64,000 nt of DNA, from the NCBI GenBank assembly GCA_904063045.1, contig CAJFCJ010000009.1, forward strand, positions 104,942 through 168,941, in the 5' to 3' direction. The notes below the pieces were generated by a model. That model searched no databases and had not been told where the DNA came from. It saw only the letters and a list, made by a program, of their open reading frames with translations. A program made the position numbers and the translations under genes. The DNA comes from Dimorphilus gyrociliatus. Its lineage: Eukaryota; Animalia; Annelida. Within the stretch, counting starts at the first letter, position 1; every line of letters starts with the position of its first letter. This document shows, piece after piece, positions 38,301 to 50,500 of this stretch.

Positions 38301-41300
38301 TGTCCATCTGGACAGGGTTTAGGAGGAACTTTTGGATCATCGCAAAAATATCCAGGTTGACAAGCAAGACAAGAAGTCTGACCTCCTAAACTGTAGAAAC
38401 CAGCTGCGCAGTCGGTTCCTTGAACATTTGTATTCGGGCATTCCTTGCCTACTTCGCAAGTTGTGCATCCAGTGGCAGATGCCTCCGAATATGTTCCAGG
38501 TTGACATTGAAATATTACATCTGTGTATTTATTGGGGCAGGCCCATCCAGCATCACAAGCTTTGCAAGCATCGTATCCTCCTGGAGAATATTCTCCATCA
38601 ACACAGGCTGTTGATGTTGCAGCAGTAGTAGAGGGACAGCCGAAACCAGGTGGACATTTAGTACAAGTTGTTTGTAGTCCGACTGAATAGTATCCTGGTT
38701 GACAGGTTTTCTGGACATCTGAAGTAGTTGTTGGGCAAGCAAAACCTGGTGGACAGTCTATGCACATTGTTGCATTTCCGACTGCATAAGTTCCAGGATT
38801 GCACCTTGCATTGCCTTGTCCTGTCTTATCGGGACACTGCCAACCAGCTCTACAGGGTGTACATTCCGTTTGTAATCCGATAGAGAAATGACCATCTGGG
38901 CAATCGATTGGTGCTGAAACTGCTTCTGTTGGACAATACTTTCCTGGGGGACAGTTAGTACAAACGGGAGAGTTAGATGGTGCATAGGTTCCTGGAAGAC
39001 ACTTGTAAATTTTAGAACTGTCAGATGTTGAAGGACAGGCATAGCCAGGAGCACAAACTGTACATTCCTTTGAGCCACCATCGGAATAATTACCAGGACC
39101 ACAAGAATTTATTACAGAAGGAGTGGGACACATATAGCCTTTAGGACAACTAATACATATAGTAGATCGAGCAGGAGCATATTCGCCGTCGAGACATGCA
39201 ACAGGTCCTGCAGCGGGATTTACGCACTTACTTCCAGCTGGGCAATCCGAACAACTAGTTTGACTTTCAAGATTGTTAGTTGTTTGACCCTTTTGACAAC
39301 TTATCGGTGCCAAGTTTGGGAATGGACACATTTTTCCTTTTGGACAGTTTTTACAAGTTGTTTCCCTAGCAAAGCTGTATTGGCCAGCTGGACATGCAGT
39401 AGTTGAGCTGGAGGTACAACTTTTTCCAGCATCACAGATATGACATTGAGAATCACCCTGATGAGAAAATTATGAAATTTGTCAGAATATATGTATAAAT
39501 ATATATTTCATTACATACGAGAGGACTATAATAACCAGTTGGACAATCTGATGGTGTTGCAGAAGGATCGTGACAGCTTTTGGCAACCGGACAAGGAATA
39601 CAATTTTTCAATCCAGTTCCTGAATATTCTCCATTTGGACATACACTTGGTACCAGCGTGTTATCTGGGCATTCGTGACCAGCAGGACATATCGTACATG
39701 CAATATTCTGGTAATGGATAAGGTATTAAATGACAAAACGACACTCTATATCTGTTTAACTTACGATTCCTTCGACGTTGTAATATCCGTCCGTACAGGT
39801 AACTGGCGTTGCAGCTGGATCTAAACAACTTTTTCCTGCCGGACATAAAGAGCATTTTGCTGCTCCTGTTCCACTGTAAGTTCCCGATTGACATGGTATA
39901 CAATTTAATTCTCCAGCTGGAGATGCTGTTCCTGCATCGCAATCTACAAGTGTTGTTAAGTAGACACTTCCATCAAAGCACTTCTTTCCAGCAGGACAAA
40001 TTGTACAGAGCTTAGCGGCGGCTAACGAATAAAATCCAGTAGGACATGGCTAAACAAAAAGATAAGAAGTTGCACAATATTTATTATCTAAACAAACTGA
40101 AGTAGGCCTTACGGAACAAGACATAACACCAAGGACACTATACGTCCCTGGGTCGCAATCGACTGGCGCCAGTGTCTTATCTTCACATTTTTTACCTTCT
40201 GGACAAGCAATACAAGTTGCTTGACCAGTGCTTGTTTGGTAAGAGCCATCAGGGCAAACTTGAGGAGGTTGACTCGGATCACTACATTTTTTACCAACAG
40301 GGCATGGCTCACACGTAACTCCATTTGAATAAGTGCCCGACTACAATTAAAAAACGTTTCTAGTTACAATGACTGTGCTAAATGAACTCTGAAATTGAAT
40401 AGCTTACAGAGCAGACTGTTATCGTACTTCCACTGCAAATCTTTCCAGCTGGACAAGGTGTGCAAGCTGTAGAACCGGCAGTAGATGATTGTCCTGCAGA
40501 ACAAGCTACGGGAGCTACTTTTGGATCTGCACAATGACTGTTTGCGGGACAAATAGTACATTTGTCACTACCAGGCGAATCGGCGTAATAACCAGACGGA
40601 CACTATTTAAATTAAACATATTTGTAGAATAATAAATCGGTAACGTAAGAGTTTTATAATACCCCTTTGCAAGCAGATTGTCCTGTTAAGTCTTGATAAA
40701 ATCCGACCGGACATGGTGTACCTGCTGCTATTTTAGATGGACATTTTTCACCAGTAGGACATACAATACATGACGTTTGTTGAGTGGATGGTTGATAAGA
40801 CCCATCCGGACAAGGAGTATGTTCTGAATTTCCAGTTCCTGGACACATAGATCCTGCTGGACAATTGATGCAATCTTTCGTCTTATCAGGGGCGTATTTC
40901 CCAGCAGCACATATAGAAGCTGCATCTTTTGAAGGGCACTCATGGCCGGCAGGACACGGTAGGCAGGATGAAAGACCACCAGTAGAGTAAAAACCATCGG
41001 CGCAAGTTGATGCTATTAATTATTTGTGACGGATTAAATAACGAATAATCAATAGACTATGCATAAAAGGCTTACGAGTTCCAGCAGCAGTAGGGCATTC
41101 CTTCGCAGTTGGGCATGGATCACACGCGCTTGCTGAAGCGGCTGTTTTGTAAAATCCAGAGGGACATTGCACACATGAAACTTGTCCATCAGAAGACCTG
41201 TATGAATTCAACAATGTACAAGTTGTTTTCATAGAAAAAAGAGTTACATACGTATATTCGCCAGCAGGACAGTCTACGGGACTTGCAGAAGCATCGGTAC

Positions 41301-44197
41301 ATTTCTGACCAGTTGGGCAAATGGTACAAGTAGTAGCGCTATTTGATGTTTGATAATAACCATTGCCACACTGTTCTTCAGCAACCATTCCGGTTGTTGG
41401 ACATTTATGACCTGCAGTACAATCTGAGCAATCTGCCTGACCCGAATTTGCCTGAAAACTTCCAGAAGGACAAGGTGTAGGAGTTCCATTTTCACTATTT
41501 GGACATTTATGACCTTCAGGGCAATCGATACACGATGAACTTCCAGCAAGTGAATATTTTCCAGTTCCACAAGAAGTTCTACCAGATCCACCTGGGCAAC
41601 GGTATCCTGCTTCACAAGTTGTACAGGATGAAGCACTGCTCCCGGAATAAGTACCTGTAGATGATATGGTTACGTAAATCTTATCATGAATAAGGTGTTG
41701 AATTTCATTGTACTAGATTTAAAAATATCCCGTTTATTAAAATGATCACGTTACAGATTAACTTCTGTTCAACTTACCGCCTGGACAATTGGAACAGTGA
41801 CTAATCCCTAAGGGTGAAAATGTTCCAATCGGACAGTCTATGGGACTGATTGTTTGGTCAACACAAGATTGCCCTTCGGGGCAATCAATACAAGAAGTTT
41901 GTTCCGTCTCATTTTGATAAGTGCCGATTGGACATTCCTCCTCGAAAAGTGAAGAAGGACATCGCCAACCTTTTTGACAAGATAAACATAAACTTTGACC
42001 AGAAGACGGCTGAAAGGTGCCGTTTGAACATTTAATCGGGCGTTCTTCCGTATCTTCCGGACATTTATGACCCTTCGGGCATTTTATACATGTGTTACTA
42101 CCCCCAGGACTAAAATTACCCTGACCACAGGATAATTTCGTCCCGTTAACACATTTAAAGCCATATTCACAAATTAAACAAGACGAAGAGCCACTAACTT
42201 GATTATAAGTTCCTGAAGTTAATATATGACGAAAGTCTTTAATTATAAATCTATTTATAAAAACGTTCACGCTGACACACATAGTTCAAATCCCCTTAAT
42301 CCGTGTATGAATAAGCAAAGTGCTACCACCTTTTCACGATAGAAGAATCCATAAATTAAAGGAAAAAATGTCGTTTCCAAAATGGAAACAAAAAAAGGAA
42401 TTCGCATTCAAAATTTTTGTTGAAATAAAAAATAAACACAACTTGAAAAGAAAGAAAGAAAAGGAAGAAAAAAATTTTATCCAAAAATTACAAAAATGTA
42501 TCAAAAAAAAAATATTGAAGAGAGATTTACTTTTCTCTCGTTCAAAAGAACACCAGCCCCTATTTAAATAAAGCTAGGTAAAAGGGAAAAGAAGAACAAA
42601 CTGAAGAGAAGAAGTTGTCATACCCTCGGGACAGATTGTACAATATCCATCGCCCAGATTGGAATATTTACCAATAGGACATTTCAGTTCAGCGATAGCC
42701 GTACAGTAGTGTCCGGCTTCGCATTTTTTACAATTTAATTTACCAATTTCATCCTGAAAATAACCATTAGGACAGACGAAAGGTTCCGACAAGCCTTTAT
42801 GAGGGCAATAATATCCTAATTGACAAATTTTGCACTCTGTCCTATTAGTCGGTGATTGGAAGTAACCGACAGGGCATTGAATAGGAGGAGAAGTAGTATT
42901 CGGGCATTTATGGCCAATAGGACATTCGAAACAAGTTAAACTATTTGGCGGTGAAAAGTAGCCTTCTTCACAGGGCGCCTTTATACCGCCGTTACATTTA
43001 TGGCCGACTTCGCACGCTTTGCAATCGGTTTTATTGACATTTACATACCAACCTGTTTGTAGTTGAAATTTTAAGGTTATTTACGCCCTTTTATCATCTA
43101 ATTTTCAACTTATGACTTTAAACTTACAAATGATTAATTGTTTAAGGAAAGAAATAACTAATATAAACATTGAAAGTATAAAGATTTTATATCCAAAACT
43201 TTTCTACTTCTCTTACCTGGAGGACAATCTCTGCAAGTTCCGTACTTTAGAGGTGAAAACTTTCCGGCTCCACATGCAGTACTTGCCGTAGTTGTACACG
43301 ATGATCCTGCTGGACAATCCTTACAGCTAGTCTGACCTGTACCATCTTGATAAGTTCCATCCGGACAAACATTATGTTCAACCATTCCATTGTAAGGGCA
43401 TTTCGAACCTTAATTTATCACAATAACAACAATAATATAATATGAAAGTCTATTGATCTTCGATCAATTGTTTATATATTTATAAATATTATACCTTGAG
43501 GACAGTTCAAGCAAGCGGAATTTCCAGTGGCACTTTTATAAGTTCCAGCTGTACAAGCCGTAATTGTCCCCGAATCACACCTGTGTTTTTTTTATAACGG
43601 AATGTTATTGAAAAAAAAAAAAGAAAAAGAAGTAGGAGAAGAAGAAAAAAAAGAAGAAAAGGTTATTAATGGATGCTATTTTTCTTATTTTTCTTGCTAA
43701 ATACATAAATAGATACGTAGCCAAGGAGAATGCATTGAAATTACCATTTGCTTTACGGCTGAGACACATTTCACACAATAAAACCTATTTACTTAACGAA
43801 AATATCGATATTGTATTTAGTCAATTTACGTAATCTTAAGAATTGATTGAAAGAGAAAAAGTTAACTCTATCTAATGTAGTTAATTAATTAAGTCAATAA
43901 TTAGGCGAATAAATAAATCTTGAACAGGGGGAAGGAAGAAGGGGCTAAAGGAAAAATGTTACTTTCACTTACCAACTTCCCGCCGGTATAGTGGAAGAAC
44001 AGTTGCACGCTTGAGCGTTAATTTGTCCTGAAGAAATAAATAAATTAGACGCCCCACCCACAAAATTAATTCCAATTTTACAACAAAAATGTAACATTCC
44101 AAACAAAAAGAGAGTTGAATAAAAAGAAACAAGAAATATATAAACCTGTATTCCATATAATCGTAAAAAATGCAATAAATATAAAGGCAATTGCCAT
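11392..44197 (-). CDS. Giant (~9,995 aa) type I membrane protein: GCC2/GCC3 (ephrin-receptor-like) Cys-rich ectodomain, single TM, long coiled-coil cytoplasmic tail
   Basis: 32 exons, every junction GT-AG and phase-matched: 44197-44146, 44027-43973, 43580-43495, 43408-43217, 43052-42624, 42212-41778, 41654-41252, 41197-41076, 41012-40663, 40602-40408, 40340-40113, 40049-39765, 39707-39519, 39457-37908, 37851-34970, 34861-34727, 34665-34566, 34503-34472, 34415-32004, 31932-31501, 31443-28021, 27964-27623, 27564-27440, 27383-27251, 27200-27141, 27084-26760, 26708-21484, 21421-14346, 14292-14089, 14029-13883, 13814-13716, 13656-11392. Sum 29,988 nt = 9,995 codons + TAA. The CPxGxYC repeat register continues across junctions. 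Confidence 0.88.
16512..16586 (-). other. Single transmembrane helix of the giant protein (WGLIIGLVCFFAACVLMLVVAVIVW, about residues 8345-8369)
   Basis: 25 uncharged hydrophobic residues followed by RPRH (positive-inside rule), consistent with type I topology. Confidence 0.9.
44146..44197 (-). other. Signal-peptide exon of the giant protein (MAIAFIFIAFFTIIWNTG..)
   Basis: aaaATGg start context, hydrophobic core, and a phase-1 GTTTAT donor (the same donor is used at 27622) that joins in frame to QINAQACNCSS. Confidence 0.75.
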
Positions 44198-44965
44198 TTT
44201 AGCCTCTATTTTTTCTTCAAGTTGTAAAAGTTAAAGCTTGTTCAACCTCCTTTTTTTAGTATTTGAACTTAAACATGTAAAAAAAAGGACGCTTTCTCTT
44301 TCCTTTTTTTTTAAAAAAAAAATTCGTTCTTCTCTTCTCCAGTTAATAAAATGAAACGGATAGTAAAAATTTCCTCGTCTAAAAAAATCCGTTCAAAACA
44401 GTAAAATGACAAATCTATGCGCAGTAGAGAATAATTCTTAAGCCAAGCAATGGTAAACATTGAACAAAGATTGAATTGCTTAAGCCGGTCTGACCTAATT
44501 AACATAGCAAATCGATCGGTTATATTGAAAGGAGTAAAGCTACTGCTAGTTAGCGACGGTCGCACAGAGAATTTTTATTGATCTTTTTCATTATTCTTAG
44601 AGAATTTTTTGTATTTCAAGTGCTTTCCCCGATAAACAAAGATATTTCTCAATCAAATTGTATCAATTAATTTTTATTTCTACTTAATAAACATTGACGT
44701 TTTTCAACTTTTTCATTCAATATTTAAAGAAAATATGAATGAATTTCCAAATAAACAAAATATAAACATTGCACAAAGTAAACATTTGATTACGTAACAA
44801 AGTATATACAGTTATAATTTATTTCTTTAATTTATTTTGATTCATTCTGTCTATAGTAATTGATTGAAATTGGTCTTGGTTCAATGTAGAAAAGGTGTTA
44901 TGAGTGAGTAGGATAGTAGGGGGTAAGGGTGGGGAAAGAATGAAAAAAAAGAGAAAGGAGGAACT

Positions 44966-44967
<2 letters not shown>

Positions 44968-44998
<31 letters not shown>
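44968..44998. repeat. (AG)15 microsatellite
   Basis: Read directly from the sequence. Confidence 0.95.
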
Positions 44999-45001
<3 letters not shown>

Positions 45002-46798
45002 AATAGTCTTTGTTATAATGATTTCTTTTTTAACTTTATTTATATTTTATTGACGCCATCACTCAAACACTGTAACCTATATCCTTTTTCAAGATTAGGC
45101 GTTTATAAACAGTTACTTTTACTATTTCCACTTTATAAATATTTGTATAAAAAAATTGATATTTTGACAATGTCGATTAAAGATAAATAAGAGGAAGAAT
45201 GAGAAACGTGAACGTTTCCTAATTATAAAATGAAACTAGGAAACCACTTATTACCTACTTGATACTGTTAACACCTACCGAAAACTGACGATAATGAATT
45301 TTTGCAAGAAAAAAGAATAGGTCCTCTTAATGTCAACGGGTAACGTCACTCTAACAAAAGACAACGTTAATTTTCTTGTAATCAACATAATGATTGATTA
45401 ATTAGTGTTTTTTTTTTCTTTAAAAAAAAAATAATTTAAATAGTTCTTTTTTTTAGAATTCTTATGAAAGTGAAATTTAACCCTGAGACATATTATTATA
45501 AGGTTTCAAAGGCTTAGAAAGTAGATTTTCTCTCTCCCTTGCCCTTCTCGCGTTCAATGTTAACGTGTGACGCCATCTATAAAGATAATCTATAACTATT
45601 TTGTATTGAAATATATAGTATAATAAATTATACAAGGGTGTATATAGAAAGTTTGATTAATAAACAATTTGATAATGGTCGTAAAATGAAAAGTTGATGA
45701 GTTGATTGTAATATTTTATATAAATTGAATAGGTTACATAATTCTAGTGTCTATCGTAAACTCTCGCCTTTAAGCCCATCTGTAGGCTAATTTTACTGGA
45801 GTCTAAGTCAACGCGTTCAACCGTTAATGTCACTCTCACCTAATTGTTGCGCCAATTTGCCTATTAATTTACTGCGGGTGATTTCGAGAGTTTAACAATA
45901 CCAAATCAAAACTAGACTATCCCACTACCCATGTGGCACTGTCAGAATTCAATAGTTTAAAGGGAACCATGCTTTTTTCATATTATTATCAAACGCTATA
46001 TATACATAGAGGTATGTGTAAGTGGAGATTAGGGAATATTCCTTTATAAAGCGATGCATTTGTCGACCAACAGTGAATTTGTGTTCTTTACAATAGAGCT
46101 AGACGGATGGAAATAAAAATACAAATTTTCCTATTTACATAAGTGATTTATCGATTTCCTAACTTTTTTTCTTCCAAATTTTATCTTTAAATAAGCCATA
46201 TACTATCGTTCTGTAAACAACGGCCTTACTATATTCTTAAACCTTTTATGGTTTCTTACAATTATTCAACGTTTATCTTTTATATTTTTTCTTCCCTTTA
46301 TCGCCATCTATCGTAAAATTTTTAAACTTTTATAGTCTTTATCCATGAAAGGAAGCTAGATAAGATAAAACACCAGAAATAGAATAGATAAGTGGAGATA
46401 CGTTCATACTACGTTATTTATTTAAATAAATAAACATACTAAATAAGATCAGTTTTTCCAAAACCTATTTTCTTTAATATTATAATTATAAACATAAGAA
46501 AAATAGAGAAATTATTAAGTAATTCATTTTTTTTTGCTGTATTTATATACAGTATATATATTTTATTATGTACAAAATTTTATTATTGTTCGATACGAAA
46601 AGGCACAAACTGTCGATATTGTAAATATCATAAAATGAAATGCAAAAACTCTTTATCTCAACGCGGTTTAAATGCTTTTAGCAGCAGTTTATAAGTAGAA
46701 AAAAAAGCGAACACTTTACGCGGATAACAAAATTGAAGAGGAAAAAAAAACAAAAGAAAAAAAATTGTAGCTTCCCAGTACAAATATGTACAAACATG

Positions 46799-46818
46799 TA
46801 TATATATATATATATATA
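46799..46818. repeat. (TA)10 microsatellite
   Basis: Read directly; lies in the probable ETS 3' UTR. Confidence 0.9.
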
Positions 46819-46891
46819 TGTATGTATATGTATATATATACATTATTTTCCATTGTTACATTTCTCTTTCAAGTGGAAACATAAAAAAATT

Positions 46892-46911
46892 AGAGAGAGA
46901 GAGAGAGAGAG
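46892..46911. repeat. (AG)10 microsatellite
   Basis: Read directly from the sequence. Confidence 0.9.
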
Positions 46912-47529
46912 TGAGAAAAGAAACAAATACAAATACTAATTTATAATACAAACTATTATTCACAAATTTGTTTAAGCCACAAAAAATTGTTCAAAATCTG
47001 CCTATACCTTATAAAGCTATAATAATAACATTTATCTATATAGATATAGATATTATATACAAAATTCATACACAATACATTAATAAGCGTACAAAAAAAT
47101 GATTGTTCAAGGGATAAAAAAAACCATAAGATATATATATATATATACAGTACAATAATTAAAAATCAAACCAACAAAAAGCATTCGTAGTTTTCCTTCT
47201 TTTGAACATGAACAAAAGTTGACGACTATTAAATGGGAGATCATGAAAACAACTTACTTCGTCAAAGGCACTAATGCGTATATAAAAAAAAGACAAAACA
47301 CAAGATGGTGTGTAGAAATACTTTTAAAGAGAACAGTTCATTTTTTTCAATTAAAAATTCCCAACCAATTCCCACCCATCCCGCATGTTAATGATCAAAG
47401 AATTTTTTTTCAATTTTCATCTTCTCCTCCTCCTCCTCCTCCTTCTCCTTTTGAGAAAACATTTTCTTTTTTTTTCACTTCTTCATTGTAATTACGATAG
47501 ATACAATTAACTTTTTTAACAGTTCTTTC

Positions 47530-47553
47530 TATATATATATATATATATATATA
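47530..47553. repeat. (TA)12 microsatellite immediately after the ETS stop codon
   Basis: Read directly; begins 2 nt after the TGA at 47557-47555. Confidence 0.9.
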
Positions 47554-47554
47554 A

Positions 47555-50500
47555 TCATTCATCATCTTTGTCAGACTGAGGGCTGACTCCACAAGTTGTA
47601 AACAATTCTTCAGGTGTCATTCCCAATAAGGACTGTGATAATTAGTAAATTGATTAATTAATTAAATCGTTAATGAGTCAAGTTGTAAAAATCAAGCAAA
47701 TTACCTGCATATCGCAGACAAATCTGTATACATAACGTTTTCCAGCTGTTTTATGAATAATGTTCTTATCGTAGTAATACCGTAAACCTCTTGATAATTT
47801 CTCATAGTTCATTTTTGGTTTGTTTTTTCTTATTCCCCATCGTCTGGCAACCTATAACAAATGTTTTTGTAAGTATGGAAAAGTATTCAAAAAAGGTTCA
47901 TATTTTACACATACCTCATCCGGATCACTAAGTTTAAACTCCCAACCGTCTCCCGTCCACGCTACACAATCCGCTCCGCTTTGGTCCGTTAGCAACTCCA
48001 ATAGGAATTGCCATAATTGAATAGGACCAGAGCCAGAATACAAGCCTGGTGGGTGATAACCATTAGTGGATATAGGCGAGGGATGCTGTACTGGTAATTG
48101 GTCCCAATGATTTTGTGTAGGGTATACGGGACTTGCAGGTATATAATTCATAGTCGCGTACATATCGACATTCGTCATTCTATGTGCGGGTGTTGGTTGT
48201 GGGGGTGGCGAAAACTTAAATTCATGCGGAGAATGGCGGTTGTATCGGCAATCAGGGGAGTAATAATCGTTAGTGGCCCTATTAATGGGTTCGAAGGCGG
48301 ATGTAGGTGTTGTGATCGTGTCAAGACGAGTTGCATATTCGCAGTCAGAGCTAGTATTGTCAGAATAAATTGCTGGCTCCTGTTTAATGCTAACAGGTTT
48401 ATCGTCGGGTCCAATTCCGTACGGGCTATTTGACGTGGCTGTATAAAAATAAATTTTCAAGAATTTATTACAAAAAGATGAAATGCGAACAAACGGTCCG
48501 TAAAATGCTGACAAATACGTACCGTGAGGACCTTGAGGGGCGACAGGACAATAGAAGGGGTATTGACTTTGTGGAGCGGAAACAGCTAGTGGAGGTGACG
48601 CGGATGCACAGGTTTCTGTTGGTAACCAAAAATTGTTTAATTTGAAAAATGATATTTACTTTTTTTTAACTTACGATATTCGGAACAGGTGTAATGTTCC
48701 GCTGAAGTTTGATTGGAAACAACCGCCTCTTTTTCTAATAATTCCAAATGTTCCCAAAGAATATCTCCAATATAGTGGGGGGCCTTTTGCAAGAATTGCT
48801 CCTTTCCAGAGGCCAACAAATGTCTACCGGGTTGGGCAAGACTAGGTAAGTTTATACCTTCAGTTCCCATAAACTCTTTTGTTGCCCAATTCAACCATAA
48901 GTGTGTATGATCCGCCAACCAATTCTTTGGATCCTGAGGAATTTGCAACTGTTTTCGGTATTGATCAAAACCCTTGAGGATTTCGAGGAGGGCTGCATTC
49001 ATCTTCTGATTGGTTCCGGGAGTTAAAGGCGGCATTTGAGGTCCTCCTGCTCCGTCTAAAAGATAAATAAATTAAATTAATAGGCTTTAAAAAAAAATTT
49101 TTTTATAAGTTAAAAGCGTTAAAAGGTAGTAAAAATAAAAATAAAAAAGTAAAGTATGAAAGAACAGAGCCGATGTTGTCAAAATCAGGTACTTTATGAC
49201 CCGTCTTCAAACAATACTAAAAAGGCACTAAGCCACAAAACACGTTCGAAACTTCACACACGGACGTTTTTATGAATGGAATAGATTGCGAGGTAAAGGG
49301 CAATAAGATTTATATCTCTAAGTCGACTTCTTCTTTTTTTTGCTCTCTATCGCCCCCTCTTTTACTTTTGCCTTTTTTACGACTTCTATCTTAAACGCTA
49401 TTCAAAATTCATTGTCAATCCTTGCACGTGCGTTATATTGCTTTTTTCTATTCATCATAAATAGAAATAGAGAAAAGGGAGAAAAAAGAGAAGAAAAACA
49501 GGGTGGCAAGAATCGGGTGTAGGAGGGTGAAATAAGTGTGAAAATGAGCTATTGATGACCGTTTATCCGCTCCTTCCGTTTATTGATTTGAAAATACATT
49601 GAATTGTTTTTTCACATTCTCTCTATTCCTTTATCTCTCTTCACATTATGCCCCTCTCTTCCAAAGGGCCCGCATAGTAATTATTTGTCGCCTTCCGCCT
49701 CTATTGTCTAATTAGCTTTGGCTGGTGCGGTTTTCTTTTTCTTTTTTTCCTTTTACGCAACAAATAACGGCGACCGTCTAATCGATTTCCGCCGTTAAAA
49801 AGTTATCCGTCAAACTGTTAAATGACGGTGCATTTGCAGATGCACTGTCAGATTGGATCAGCTACATGCTGAGTCGGTAGTTCGCAACGCGTGTGTTCAG
49901 TCAACAGAAACGATGCATTGAAATTGCCGTATAGGGACGGTACTCTTTCATTATAGAATATTCAGGAGGCCTTTTACAAAAGTTAGTTTTTACTATGATA
50001 CAATGTATTGCGGTAACATCAAAAGAGACTAGGAGGCTTGAATGTATAGTTCCGATATATAACGCTCTTATAGGCAATTTTTTTTTGTAAAAGAGAAAAA
50101 ATTGTAATTAAAATAGGCATTGTTGTTCAATGAAAGAAGCCAACATTCGTCATTACTCCTCTAACCCGCACATATATACTCACTTCCGTATCAATACTTA
50201 ATTCGTCAACGCGTCATCGCCTTGTACAAACCCACAGATAAATTTGTCAGGCGTCACCGCACTCGTTCCGGTCGGTATTAATGCGGGCGGAGACGCTCGG
50301 CTCGTTGGAATAACACTAAACACGCACTTGCCGTTGTTTATACAAACATACTCGAGAGCCTTGCCAGTGTCAGACAAGAGTGGCACGATGCAGGCCTCGA
50401 GGGACACGACTATTTAGGCCCGCCTACCCCAACTGCTTTCGGCAACAAACATTCGCAAATTGACAAGGCTGTCTGATAAGGGAGCATATCGAATCAACAG

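Noticed and set aside
11462-42571. Dozens of plus-strand and off-frame ORFs (60-175 aa) in the ORF track across the giant gene, e.g. 17786-18310
   Set aside because: They are antisense or frame shadows of a long repetitive coding region, show no recognisable motifs, and many begin at TTG/GTG.
43745-43784. 40-nt exon-like segment (AG..FYCVKC..GTAATT) in intron 2 of the giant gene
   Set aside because: It would shift the frame, and direct exon 2-3 splicing already gives the expected PAGSWCDSG repeat.
44311-44565. 84-aa minus-strand ORF upstream of the giant gene
   Set aside because: No motif or splice support; it more likely lies in promoter or 5' UTR sequence.
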